A stretch of DNA of 64,000 bases from Saccharolobus solfataricus P2 (lineage in GTDB: Archaea; Thermoproteota; Thermoprotei_A; Sulfolobales; Sulfolobaceae), in NCBI RefSeq assembly GCF_000007005.1, contig NC_002754.1. One strand, given 5' to 3'. How positions within the stretch are numbered: the first letter of the stretch is position 1; the number at the start of each line of letters is the position of its first letter. The notes beneath the pieces were generated by a model, which was not told where the DNA came from, ran no database searches, and was given only the letters and a program-made list of their open reading frames with translations. Shown piece after piece: positions 32,648 through 41,489 of the stretch. A program made the position numbers and the translations under genes.

Positions 32648-32935
32648 ATGTTTAAGATGTGGTATCTTCATATCTCTATTGCAATAATTGCACTGATTCT
32701 ATCTAGCTTAGTAGTGTTGGAATTCGTTAGAATGAGAAAAGAATTTAGAGGGAAGTTAACTACAGTCCTAGTATTGCTTGGTAGCTTTTTAATTGCTCAA
32801 TTTGGATCCTTTCTCTTAGACTTTATCATGTGGTCAAATGATAAGAATCCTTTATATATTTATCCATCTTTGTTGACTATTTCCCTTTCATTCATTACTA
32901 TACTTTTATTCTACTATTATGTTACAAAGATTTAA
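32648..32935 (+). CDS. Small three-helix membrane protein
   Basis: Three hydrophobic segments in 95 aa. Confidence 0.7.
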   Translation: MFKMWYLHISIAIIALILSSLVVLEFVRMRKEFRGKLTTVLVLLGSFLIAQFGSFLLDFIMWSNDKNPLYIYPSLLTISLSFITILLFYYYVTKI

Positions 32936-33329
32936 GTTTTTTATATTTTCTACCCACATCATAAACTGATATCATAGTAATTATGAAAATTATTATTAAT
33001 GAAAATATGTCAGCTGAAAAGGGATGGCTTATAATAAGATATATTAGGATTATAAGTGAGGAGGCTAGAAAAGAAGTAAGAAACACGGATCTAGGAATAA
33101 GTGCACTTCTAAACCTTACGTAATCTTCTAATATTACTTTAGTAACTATATACCCTTCATCAACTTCCTTAACTAGCCCATCTTCGATCAGTTTCTTAAT
33201 ATGATAACTTACGATGGATGGAGAACTCAAATTAAGATCCTTTTGTATTTTCCTAATTCCAACTGGCCTTCTCTGCCTAAGAAGGTATAGGTATATTCTC
33301 TTAGCAGTCCCTGTCAACTCCTCTTCCAT
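32922..33329 (-). CDS. Membrane-anchored winged-helix regulator
   Basis: GIRKIQKDLNLSSPSIVSYHIKKL wHTH followed by two TM helices. Confidence 0.8.
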   Translation of the reverse strand: MEEELTGTAKRIYLYLLRQRRPVGIRKIQKDLNLSSPSIVSYHIKKLIEDGLVKEVDEGYIVTKVILEDYVRFRSALIPRSVFLTSFLASSLIILIYLIISHPFSADIFSLIIIFIITMISVYDVGRKYKKLKSL

Positions 33330-33511
33330 TAACTACATATAGTTTTACGTTACAAATAAGGTTTTCTATCTAAAAATCTAGTTTCCCCTAATTCCAAATA
33401 TCTTCTGTTCACATAAATAAGCAAATTGGAAAATTCTCATAACTTGATAAACTCAAAAAAGATTGCTAGGGTAGGGCAGTTTCTTACAATCGTAAATAGT
33501 AGATAGCTGTA

Positions 33512-34072
33512 GTGAATAGATATATATACCATGTGGATATCGTAGTTAATGTGAAGCAGTACTTAATGGTTATCGCTGGCGTGTTAGTTAGCTTAGCCAT
33601 TGCGTCTTTAGTAGTTTATATCTCTCATATGTTTATAATATATAATATAAAGAAGCCTAACATAGTGGAGCGACAATCTGGTTATTTTCCGGAAATGTAT
33701 GAGTTAACTGTAAATATAACACCAGCAAAGGCAAGCTATGCGAATTCCTATCTTATCTGGTCCCCTCTCCAATCTTCTTTAGTAGTTAACAAAGATCCGA
33801 TATTTCACGTTTATCCGAGTATAATTGATTTGAATTCATTTAATAATTCTGTTATAATAACTCTTTATTACTCGGTTCAAGATAGAGTAAATATAGCTAT
33901 AACTCAGCAAATTTTTAATGTTAGCGTAGTTAATACTACTGTAATTAACGATGAGATTGTAGCTACTCAACTAAAAGTTACATTCTATAACGCGTCTCCA
34001 AATACGATATATTTAATTCCGATATGGAACCAGTATAATGTTACGTACTATGTTCTAGTCTACTATGAGTAG
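33512..34072 (+). CDS. Membrane-anchored exported protein
   Basis: N-terminal TM helix and many N-x-S/T sequons; start uncertain. Confidence 0.7.
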   Translation: MNRYIYHVDIVVNVKQYLMVIAGVLVSLAIASLVVYISHMFIIYNIKKPNIVERQSGYFPEMYELTVNITPAKASYANSYLIWSPLQSSLVVNKDPIFHVYPSIIDLNSFNNSVIITLYYSVQDRVNIAITQQIFNVSVVNTTVINDEIVATQLKVTFYNASPNTIYLIPIWNQYNVTYYVLVYYE

Positions 34073-34123
34073 GTCAGTCCATCGACCTTTCTTCACTAAT
34101 CAAGATGATGTTGGCATCATCAT
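34072..34123 (-). ncRNA. Box C/D guide sRNA (3' module of possible composite RNA)
   Basis: Minus strand reads ATGATGA-TGCCAACATCATC-TTGA-TTA-GTGAAGA-AAGGTCGATGGA-CTGA. Confidence 0.82.
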
Positions 34124-34193
34124 GTGCCCCGTTCGGCTGTGAGCCTTTCACTCGTTTTATAATTTCTCGTCAGGCCCAGATAGGGAACGGGGC
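34123..34193 (-). ncRNA. H/ACA guide hairpin (5' module of possible composite RNA)
   Basis: 9-bp lower stem GCCCCGUUC/GAACGGGGC, pocket CCUAUC/CAGCC, 7-bp upper stem, K-turn-like CUGA..GUGA, ACA 14 nt below the upper stem. Confidence 0.78.
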
Positions 34194-34678
34194 TTTCTCA
34201 ACCTTTTATATAATCTATACAAGAATATAACAATTACTATCTGACCTATATCCAACTGTAATGTAGCAGCATGGTTATAAACTATTTCAATGAGAAAAGG
34301 TAGCATTTGCATCTGCGGTCTCCATACGTACCATATGAGGTAATAATTAAGGTAATTTAGAAATACAAAACTTATAGCAGATGTGTCTATGATCATGTTG
34401 TAATAATCATTTTTAAAAGTAGAGATTAATAGAATAGATATTATAAATATAATTAGCGCTATAAATGCAGAAAATGAGACTCCTACCGGAATCGTAAGAT
34501 TATATGTTACTCCACTACTTGCTCTATATACAAGCGGTTCATCTATTGGAACTAAAGGAGCCATTGAAAGTAGTATAATCGTCAATATTATTGAACCCAC
34601 TAACACCCAAATATAATATTCAGAATTTTTCATAAGCGATATGGGTATATAATAAATTATAACTTTATTCCTCATCAT
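34157..34678 (-). CDS. Hypothetical multi-pass membrane protein
   Basis: About four hydrophobic segments; the stop codon lies in the loop of the H/ACA hairpin. Confidence 0.7.
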   Translation of the reverse strand: MMRNKVIIYYIPISLMKNSEYYIWVLVGSIILTIILLSMAPLVPIDEPLVYRASSGVTYNLTIPVGVSFSAFIALIIFIISILLISTFKNDYYNMIIDTSAISFVFLNYLNYYLIWYVWRPQMQMLPFLIEIVYNHAATLQLDIGQIVIVIFLYRLYKRLRKPRSLSGPDEKL

Positions 34679-34680
34679 CT

Positions 34681-34810
34681 GCTTTGTGGACTTATTGAAT
34701 TTTCACATAGGGTTAATATTTATTGCAAACCTAAATTGTATATCTTCAGATTAATTGAAAGGGCACTAATAGTGGTTTAGTGTAAAAATATTCAACAGAT
34801 TAACTAAGCA
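34681..34810. mobile_element. SM3-like MITE, copy 2 (~130 bp)
   Basis: Starts GCTTTGTGGACTT and is homologous to 14930-15060; imperfect flanking repeats CTCATCAT/CTCAGCAT. Confidence 0.65.
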
Positions 34811-34864
34811 TCTCAGCATTAAGTATATCTATATATAAAATCCTTTAGCAAGTTATTTCATGTT

Positions 34865-35170
34865 ATGTCTACCACAAAAAAATTCTATGAACTTCAAGAT
34901 TTAATTTTAGCCAAGGTGTCCTTAGAAAAGGTAAAGTTGCATATCGAAGAAAGGAAAGATAGAACAATTTTCAAATGGGTTAGAAAAGAGTTAACAGGGT
35001 TTTTCAGAAAATTTTCTAACGTAGAAGAATTTAGAGAATTGGTGAATAATATTAATAAAGGGCTAGAAGAGGAAAACTATGAAGTAGTTCTTGAAAATAT
35101 CAAAAGATCATTGGATATTATATCAGAGGAAATCGAAAAATTCTATCAAGATTTACAGAAAATGCAATAA
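34865..35170 (+). CDS. Hypothetical helical protein
   Basis: 101-aa charged amphipathic ORF. Confidence 0.7.
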   Translation: MSTTKKFYELQDLILAKVSLEKVKLHIEERKDRTIFKWVRKELTGFFRKFSNVEEFRELVNNINKGLEEENYEVVLENIKRSLDIISEEIEKFYQDLQKMQ

Positions 35171-36034
35171 TTCTACTACTCCTACTCTATTTATGTACAT
35201 CGTATATATAGCAACTACTATAATAATTATTGCAAATAGTTTCCTTAAAGTTTGTCTTGGCATTCTTGACGCAATTGTGGATCCAGTATATCCACCAACT
35301 ACTCCTCCTAATAGGTATAGTAAGCTTATCACTATATCAACATACCCATACACCGCGTATGTAATTGCTGCCGTAACACCAAACGTACCTACTGCAATTA
35401 GTGATGTACCGACAGCCCTAAGCATATCTAAACCAGTGCTGAACAATAAACCTGGAACTACCAGAAACCCTCCTCCTATTCCGAAGTATCCAGAGGCAAA
35501 CCCTACTAAAAACCCTGCTGGGATTACTTTAGTTACTTTTATTCTTTCACGTAGACTCAATTTATGAGAGTTATTGTATAATACGCTTCTATTAGGATTG
35601 CATTTAGATCTCCACATTCTAATTGCTACTGCGATCATCAGAAAGCCGAAGAGAAATAGGATTAACGCCCCCGACATTAAATGGCTCAGATAAGCCCCTA
35701 TTACATCCCCTATTACTCCTGGAATTGTGAATATTATTCCTTCTGGTACTCTAACATTACCTCTCCTAAAATGCATATAAGAGTTGATGTAGGAATTTAG
35801 ACCGACCGCAAGTGCTGTAGTTCCTAAGGTAAGATGTGTTATATAGGTATATTCTGGTGATCCAGGTGGAATTCCATTTGCTAAACCTACAAAGTATAAT
35901 AGAAGGGGAATTGCGAGAATCGAACCTCCTCCTCCAATAAGACCGAGGCTGAATCCTACCAATATTCCAGAAATGATAGAAAGCAAGTATTGTAATTGAG
36001 TTACGGTGATTTGAAATGTTGGATCTTGAAACAT
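35153..36034 (-). CDS. Sulfite exporter TauE/SafE family permease
   Basis: GLIGGGGSILAIP and GYFGIGGGFLVVP repeats. Confidence 0.9.
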   Translation of the reverse strand: MFQDPTFQITVTQLQYLLSIISGILVGFSLGLIGGGGSILAIPLLLYFVGLANGIPPGSPEYTYITHLTLGTTALAVGLNSYINSYMHFRRGNVRVPEGIIFTIPGVIGDVIGAYLSHLMSGALILFLFGFLMIAVAIRMWRSKCNPNRSVLYNNSHKLSLRERIKVTKVIPAGFLVGFASGYFGIGGGFLVVPGLLFSTGLDMLRAVGTSLIAVGTFGVTAAITYAVYGYVDIVISLLYLLGGVVGGYTGSTIASRMPRQTLRKLFAIIIIVVAIYTMYINRVGVVELLHFL

Positions 36035-36182
36035 AATAACTAAATCTTGTTTTAACTTTAAAAAGTTTATGATTATGTAAAACTTTGTAAGTCCTTTTAA
36101 AGCTAACTTTATTAAATTTGTTAGACTTTTCTTTAATAAATGATTTTTAAGCCAAGTTATAATATCATTATGTAGAGATGAG

Positions 36183-36605
36183 AGTGTTGATAGTAATTTT
36201 ATTAATTTAAAATAAATTGTGTAAATTGTTTTTGCGTGTGGAATAAGTCCTTTTGCTTAGCGTAATATCTTTTTGGGTGAACGTAGTTATCATGAGGGGA
36301 TTGCGAGTAAGTACTTTAGAATAGGGTAGTTTACTTGCACGATGGTTTATCAGTTTACAATGCCTTTGATTGGTTTAATGTTGGGCACAAGAGGGTTACG
36401 TTAGGCGATTACACTGAAGAAGGGTTTAGGAAATTAAAGTATAGAGTCTCTTCAATGGACTTCGCTTGTAATTCCAATAAGTTAATGAGTTGGTTCTCGA
36501 CCTTCTTCTTAATCTACAACCTCCTTTACATTCAAGTGTATTTAGTGGATAAGGGAGTGATGATAAATGCAAACATTTCAACTACATGAAATTGTTGTCC
36601 ACACT
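36183..36605 (+). mobile_element. IS6-family (ISC774-like) deletion derivative, 423 bp
   Basis: Near-identical to 10771-11550 but lacking 10869-11225 (357 bp); left inverted repeat decayed, right repeat intact. Confidence 0.88.
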
Positions 36606-36615
36606 CAGATATGAT

Positions 36616-36778
36616 GGGCAATTCAGGTATCCATTATGAATTCACTTTATTTCAAAGAAGCTACGAAATTAACTAAATGAAGGCGACTAACTAGCAGAGA
36701 TACACGATTACCAGTATTAACATTTTTATAACTGCATTATTCGCAAATTGCAATTCGCAAAGAAGAGCTGAATCGCCC
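36616..36778. mobile_element. SM4-like MITE (163 bp)
   Basis: Inverted repeats GGGCAATTCAG/CTGAATCGCCC; 8-bp target duplication GATATGAT/GAAATGAT; same end type as the 11561-12032 relic. Confidence 0.75.
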
Positions 36779-36844
36779 GAAATGATAAATTAACGCTTTA
36801 GATCCAAGGTTTATGATTAAAAACTCTTGCATGAATTCGCCAAA

Positions 36845-37243
36845 TTAGAGCGGTATCTCTAACCCGTGTGGACAGTAAGAAGGCTTTCCTAAGTAATTAT
36901 ACAATTTATCGATAATCTCCTCGGGTATAAGATAGTCAAACTGTTTGGAATATTCACAAGCTGTTTGTTTATCTATTCCAATATTAACAAGTAGTATCTC
37001 TATCACTCTATGAGCTTTTATTAGGTAATTTATACTTCTCGTTCCATTATTGGTAATCCACACGCCATCTTCTTTCTTTTTCACTAATCCTTTCTCTTCT
37101 AAATGGGATACTTCCTCAAAAACGCTTGACGGAGCTATTTTTAGATCCTTTGCAATTCTATTTATCTTTGCACCTTCCCCACTGTCATTGTATCTTTTTA
37201 TGGTAAGCAGATATGAGAATTCTCTTCGTGATAAGTTAGACAT
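36845..37243 (-). CDS. DtxR/MntR-family metal-dependent repressor
   Basis: YLLTI, IAKDLKIAPSSVFE, HRVIEILL and CPHG motifs. Confidence 0.92.
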   Translation of the reverse strand: MSNLSRREFSYLLTIKRYNDSGEGAKINRIAKDLKIAPSSVFEEVSHLEEKGLVKKKEDGVWITNNGTRSINYLIKAHRVIEILLVNIGIDKQTACEYSKQFDYLIPEEIIDKLYNYLGKPSYCPHGLEIPL

Positions 37244-37298
37244 CTGTGAATCAACTCTCAATAAAAATAAATAAAGTTTTGTTCTAAAACATACAATC

Positions 37299-38168
37299 GT
37301 GAAAGAGAATATTTCCGCTCTTGTTACACCCTATGACGATAAGGAAAATATAAATACTGAAGCGTTACAACAGCTATTGGACTTTTTAATTAAAAAAGGA
37401 ATTAAGGACTTTTGGGTTCTTGGCACTAGTGGAGAGTTTAATATGCTTTCTCAAGATGAGAGAATATTAGTAGTTAGTAAAATACGTGAGATGGTTAAAG
37501 GTAAAATATATGTAGGTGTCAATGAGAACTCAACCAGAAATAGTCTAATATTAGCTAAAAAATACTATGATCTAGGTGTTGATTATATTTTTTCAGTTCC
37601 ACCTATTTATCATAAACCTTCAGAAAAAGGACTAATATCGTATTTTAGCGAGTTGCGTAATGCTATAGATTTACCATTATTCATATATAATATACCCTCC
37701 TTTACAGGATATAATGTTCCTCTTCATATAATTGAGAAGCTAGCGAGAGAGTACGTATTAGATGGTATGAAGTACTCAACTACAGATTTTGTCTCTTTTC
37801 TAAAGTATTTAAAGGCACTAAAAGGAGTAAATAAGAACTTCAAAGTATTCATTGGCGAGGATAGGATGATCCTTTCCGCTCTTATTTTAGATACTGATGG
37901 TGCAGTTTCTGGTATTTCCAATTTAGTTCCTGAATTAGTCACCAATTTATTCTTGGAATTTGATAGAGGTAACATTCAGAGGGCTATAGAGATTCAGAGA
38001 ATTTTGAACAAATTGGTAGACGTGGTAAGTTTAGGCGATTATCCCAGTGGTATTAAGATAGGTTTAAGGTATAGGGGAATTAATGTCGGTAGTGTTAGGA
38101 AACCTTTATTAGAGGATAGTAGAGCCGAAGGTGAAATATATAATGTACTGAAAGAATTAGGTATATAG
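37299..38168 (+). CDS. DapA/NAL-family class I aldolase
   Basis: GTSGEF, YNIPSFTG and GMKYS (Schiff-base Lys) motifs. Confidence 0.88.
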   Translation: MKENISALVTPYDDKENINTEALQQLLDFLIKKGIKDFWVLGTSGEFNMLSQDERILVVSKIREMVKGKIYVGVNENSTRNSLILAKKYYDLGVDYIFSVPPIYHKPSEKGLISYFSELRNAIDLPLFIYNIPSFTGYNVPLHIIEKLAREYVLDGMKYSTTDFVSFLKYLKALKGVNKNFKVFIGEDRMILSALILDTDGAVSGISNLVPELVTNLFLEFDRGNIQRAIEIQRILNKLVDVVSLGDYPSGIKIGLRYRGINVGSVRKPLLEDSRAEGEIYNVLKELGI

Positions 38169-38226
38169 GAATGATGAAGGTCGATGGGAATTACTGGATA
38201 ATGAGGAAAATTATCCCCGGCTGAGG
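38169..38226 (+). ncRNA. Box C/D guide sRNA inside the dapA-like/udg operon
   Basis: C ATGATGA (38171), degenerate D' (CTGG 38194 or ATTA), C' ATGAGGA (38201), guide AAATTATCCCCGG, D CTGA (38221). Confidence 0.85.
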
Positions 38227-38230
38227 AATT

Positions 38231-38881
38231 ATGGATAACTTGGATCTTATTGCAGATGAGGTAAGAAAATGCCAAAAGTGTAAGTTATGGAAATTTAGGA
38301 AAAATGCTGTACCCGGAGAGGGTAATAGCAAAGCCGAAATTATGTTTATAGGAGAAGCACCTGGAGAGAATGAGGATATTGAGGGCAAACCTTTTGTTGG
38401 GGTAGCCGGTAAACTTCTAACTAGACTTATAAATGAGATCTTAGGTCTCAGTAGAGAAGACGTGTTTATAACGAATTTAGTCAAATGCAGGCCTCCAAAT
38501 AATAGGGATCCGGAAGAAGATGAAATACTTGCTTGCTCTCCATATTTAACTAGACAAATTGAATCTATAAGACCTCATATTATAATAACTTTAGGTAGGC
38601 ATTCTACGTCTTATCTATTTAAGAAAATGAACATGAAAATGGAATCCATCGGGAAAGTTAGGGGAAAATTTTATACGTGGAATATATACGGATATAAGAT
38701 TCTAGTATTTCCCACATATCATCCAGCTGCAGCTCTTTATAATCCCCCTATTAGAAAAGTACTAGAAGAAGACTTCAGAAAAGTTAAAGAAGCATTAAGT
38801 TCAAAACCTATTACTCTGGATAATTTCTTGTATGGATCTGGGGATAAAGGGGAAAAAGGTAATAGTAACAGCGGCAAGTAA
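38231..38881 (+). CDS. udg: Family 4 uracil-DNA glycosylase (4Fe-4S)
   Basis: CQKC, GEAPG, FVG, KCRPP and HPAA motifs. Confidence 0.95.
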   Translation: MDNLDLIADEVRKCQKCKLWKFRKNAVPGEGNSKAEIMFIGEAPGENEDIEGKPFVGVAGKLLTRLINEILGLSREDVFITNLVKCRPPNNRDPEEDEILACSPYLTRQIESIRPHIIITLGRHSTSYLFKKMNMKMESIGKVRGKFYTWNIYGYKILVFPTYHPAAALYNPPIRKVLEEDFRKVKEALSSKPITLDNFLYGSGDKGEKGNSNSGK

Positions 38882-39617
38882 AGGTATAGGTTTGGCCATA
38901 GCTAAGCGTTTTTTAGAGGAGGGTGCTAAAGTCATCATTTCATCTAATGACGAATCAAACTTAATGAAAGCATACAATAAACTAAAGGAGATTCATAGTG
39001 AAAATGTAAGTTACATAAAAGCAGATTTGATGAATCCACACGAAGTTAAGTCTCTAGTTCATGAGGGCTATAGAAAACTTGGAGGTTTAGATGTTTTAGC
39101 TTACGTTACTGGTAGTCCAAAACCTGGAAATTTATTTTCCTTATCAGATAAGGACTGGATGGATGCGTTCAATCTACTCTTGTTAAGTGCAGTTGTTGCA
39201 GTTAGAGAAGCTGGTCAGCTAATGCAAAGTGGTGGTAGGATAATACTATCCACGTCAACCACATTAAGGCAACCTATAGATAACCTCGATTTGTCAAATG
39301 TTGTAAGGCTTTCATTAGCAGGGCTAATAAAGGTTGCGTCGAGGGAACTAGGACCTAAGGGTATTTTAGTAAATGGAGTAATGCCTGGTTGGACAAAGAC
39401 AGAAAGATTGCTTCAGATTATAAGGGATAGAGCAATAAGGGAGGGTAAGAGTGAAGATGAAGTTCTTAAGTCAATTGTCGCGGATGTGCCTCTAGGTAGA
39501 GCAGGGGAGCCTGAAGAAATTGCTAATGTTGTATTATTTTTAGCGTCAAATCTTTCTACTTATGTTACCGGTGCCCTAATACCGGTAGATGGTGGGAGTA
39601 TAAAAGGAGTCTTTTAA
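38832..39617 (+). CDS. Short-chain dehydrogenase/reductase
   Basis: TAASKGIG, SNVVR, NGVMPG and DGG motifs. Confidence 0.9.
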   Translation: MDLGIKGKKVIVTAASKGIGLAIAKRFLEEGAKVIISSNDESNLMKAYNKLKEIHSENVSYIKADLMNPHEVKSLVHEGYRKLGGLDVLAYVTGSPKPGNLFSLSDKDWMDAFNLLLLSAVVAVREAGQLMQSGGRIILSTSTTLRQPIDNLDLSNVVRLSLAGLIKVASRELGPKGILVNGVMPGWTKTERLLQIIRDRAIREGKSEDEVLKSIVADVPLGRAGEPEEIANVVLFLASNLSTYVTGALIPVDGGSIKGVF

Positions 39618-39728
39618 GTGTTTTTGCAGATAATACTCCGTTTTTTCTCTATTTATAGACTAACGTGGAAAAAAGCTTGCTAACGATTATATTTTATTCT
39701 GCTAAGTATTACCGTAGAGTGATCTGTA

Positions 39729-41216
39729 GTGAGGATTACTGAATTTTACGTTTCCAACTTTAGGAGTCTCAGTGAGGTGAATTTAAAGGATCTGGGTGGT
39801 TTTAACATAGTCGTTGGTTATAATGGATATGGAAAGACTAATTTGCTTTCATCCATCTTCTTATTTGTCAAAAATTTATCAGCTGGAATAGAAAAAAGGT
39901 CAATAGAGGATAGAAATCAAGAGTTTATATTATTATGGCAAGGTTATGATGTTTCAAAACCTATTATGATAGGAGGAAAAGTAGAATTCTCTCCTGAAGA
40001 ATCAAATAAAATTGTAGGTAAAAATCAAAAGATAACACTAGAGATAATAAATAAAATGAGGTATAATAATAAGTTTGTCGAATGGAATTTGGACACCCTT
40101 TATATAAACGGCTCTCCTCCTGGAGAAGATGATTTAAAGGTCGCGAAGAAATTAGCTGAGTATGCATCTCAAGCTATTGAATACGTACCAATTTTTGACC
40201 AGACTTATTTCGATGAAACGTTAAAGAGAATGACTGAAATGAACAAGTCACCAATTAACTTAAGAAAGTATTGGTACGATTTCGTCAATTTAGTAGCAGC
40301 TACAATACCTGAAGTTAAGGGTATGGAATTTTGGGACGGGAGAAGACTAGTACTTAATGTGTATAATTTACCAATATATATTGACTTAGCAGCAAGTGGC
40401 TTCCAGAGAGTCATACTCATGTTATTTATAATCTGGCTAAGCGGAAATAAGATACTATTAATTGAAGAACCAGAGGTGAATATGCATCCAACTCTTCAAG
40501 CTAAAATTATGAAATTAATTAAGAATTGGACAGATAATAACATATTACAGTCTTTCCTTACTACACACTCCCCATATATTGTGGAAATGGCAGCAGATAG
40601 CTATGTTGTTATGAGAAGAGTTAATGGAAATTCAACTGCGATAACAGTAAAACCTACACCAGACTTAAGGGGTACCATAAGTTTGTTAAATGCTAGTTTA
40701 AGTAATATTTTGTTTAGTAGGATCATAATACTCACAAGTGAGTTAGCAGAACCTTCAGTTATAGTGAATTGGTTGAAGAGACTTAATATAAATGTAGAAG
40801 ATAATGGGATATCTATTTATAAAGTGTCCTCAGACTTAGAATTACAGCACTGGCTTAAATTGAAGAACATGTTGAACTTGGACGTAATATTCCTTGGGTT
40901 ATGCGATAAGTTAGATATGAGCTTAAAGGATTACTGTGTTCCTTTAAGTCGCGAGGTAGAGAATTTCTATAGTAAACAAGCCCTATTAGAGGTCTTAAGA
41001 AGACTTGGCATATATCCAGATGAAAAAGAAATAAGAGATTTAGGCAAAGAGGAAAACTTACGATGGATTATAAATGTTTTGAGGAAAAGAGGCATAGAAT
41101 ACGAGAAACTTAGGATGTCAATAGGAGAACTTATAACTGATGTTGACAGTATCGAAATACCTAAAGAAATAGAGATATTAGCGAATAAAATTAAATCCCT
41201 CCAAGCTACATTATAA
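39729..41216 (+). CDS. OLD-family-like ABC ATPase with degenerate TOPRIM domain
   Basis: GYNGYGKTN, ASGFQR, IEEPEVNMHP and TTHSPY motifs; C-terminal IIILTSELAE...GISIYKV...LCDK segment. Confidence 0.75.
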   Translation: MRITEFYVSNFRSLSEVNLKDLGGFNIVVGYNGYGKTNLLSSIFLFVKNLSAGIEKRSIEDRNQEFILLWQGYDVSKPIMIGGKVEFSPEESNKIVGKNQKITLEIINKMRYNNKFVEWNLDTLYINGSPPGEDDLKVAKKLAEYASQAIEYVPIFDQTYFDETLKRMTEMNKSPINLRKYWYDFVNLVAATIPEVKGMEFWDGRRLVLNVYNLPIYIDLAASGFQRVILMLFIIWLSGNKILLIEEPEVNMHPTLQAKIMKLIKNWTDNNILQSFLTTHSPYIVEMAADSYVVMRRVNGNSTAITVKPTPDLRGTISLLNASLSNILFSRIIILTSELAEPSVIVNWLKRLNINVEDNGISIYKVSSDLELQHWLKLKNMLNLDVIFLGLCDKLDMSLKDYCVPLSREVENFYSKQALLEVLRRLGIYPDEKEIRDLGKEENLRWIINVLRKRGIEYEKLRMSIGELITDVDSIEIPKEIEILANKIKSLQATL

Positions 41217-41219
41217 ATT

Positions 41220-41468
41220 ATGGAGCTTAATGTTTTATTTGATATAGGTTTTCTCCTCATATTTATAGGAATTATACTGCTTTTTGTAGGTATGATACGG
41301 GAAGCGAATAAGTCATCTGATAATGATCAAAAAGCACAAGTTGGTGGCGTAATTTTCATTGGCCCAATACCTATAGTGTTCGGCTCGTCAAAGGGTATAG
41401 CTAAATGGATGATTATAGTTGCAGTGATATTGTTCGTTCTAATTGTAATATTTTACTTCTTAGTATAG
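41220..41468 (+). CDS. DUF131 (TIGR00304-like) membrane protein
   Basis: GGVIFIGPIPIVFGS motif. Confidence 0.88.
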   Translation: MELNVLFDIGFLLIFIGIILLFVGMIREANKSSDNDQKAQVGGVIFIGPIPIVFGSSKGIAKWMIIVAVILFVLIVIFYFLV

Positions 41469-41489
41469 AATAGTTAGAATGAAAAAATC

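Noticed and set aside
34126-34146. Plus-strand PFGCEP peptide reminiscent of TnpB C-termini
   Set aside because: No other TnpB motif is nearby, and the sequence is fully explained by the minus-strand H/ACA hairpin.
35091-35567. 158-aa plus-strand ORF and the many similar antisense ORFs in the track (e.g. 9516-9854, 28116-28553, 60800-61216, 63136-63720)
   Set aside because: They are shadows of well-supported opposite-strand genes, with atypical composition.
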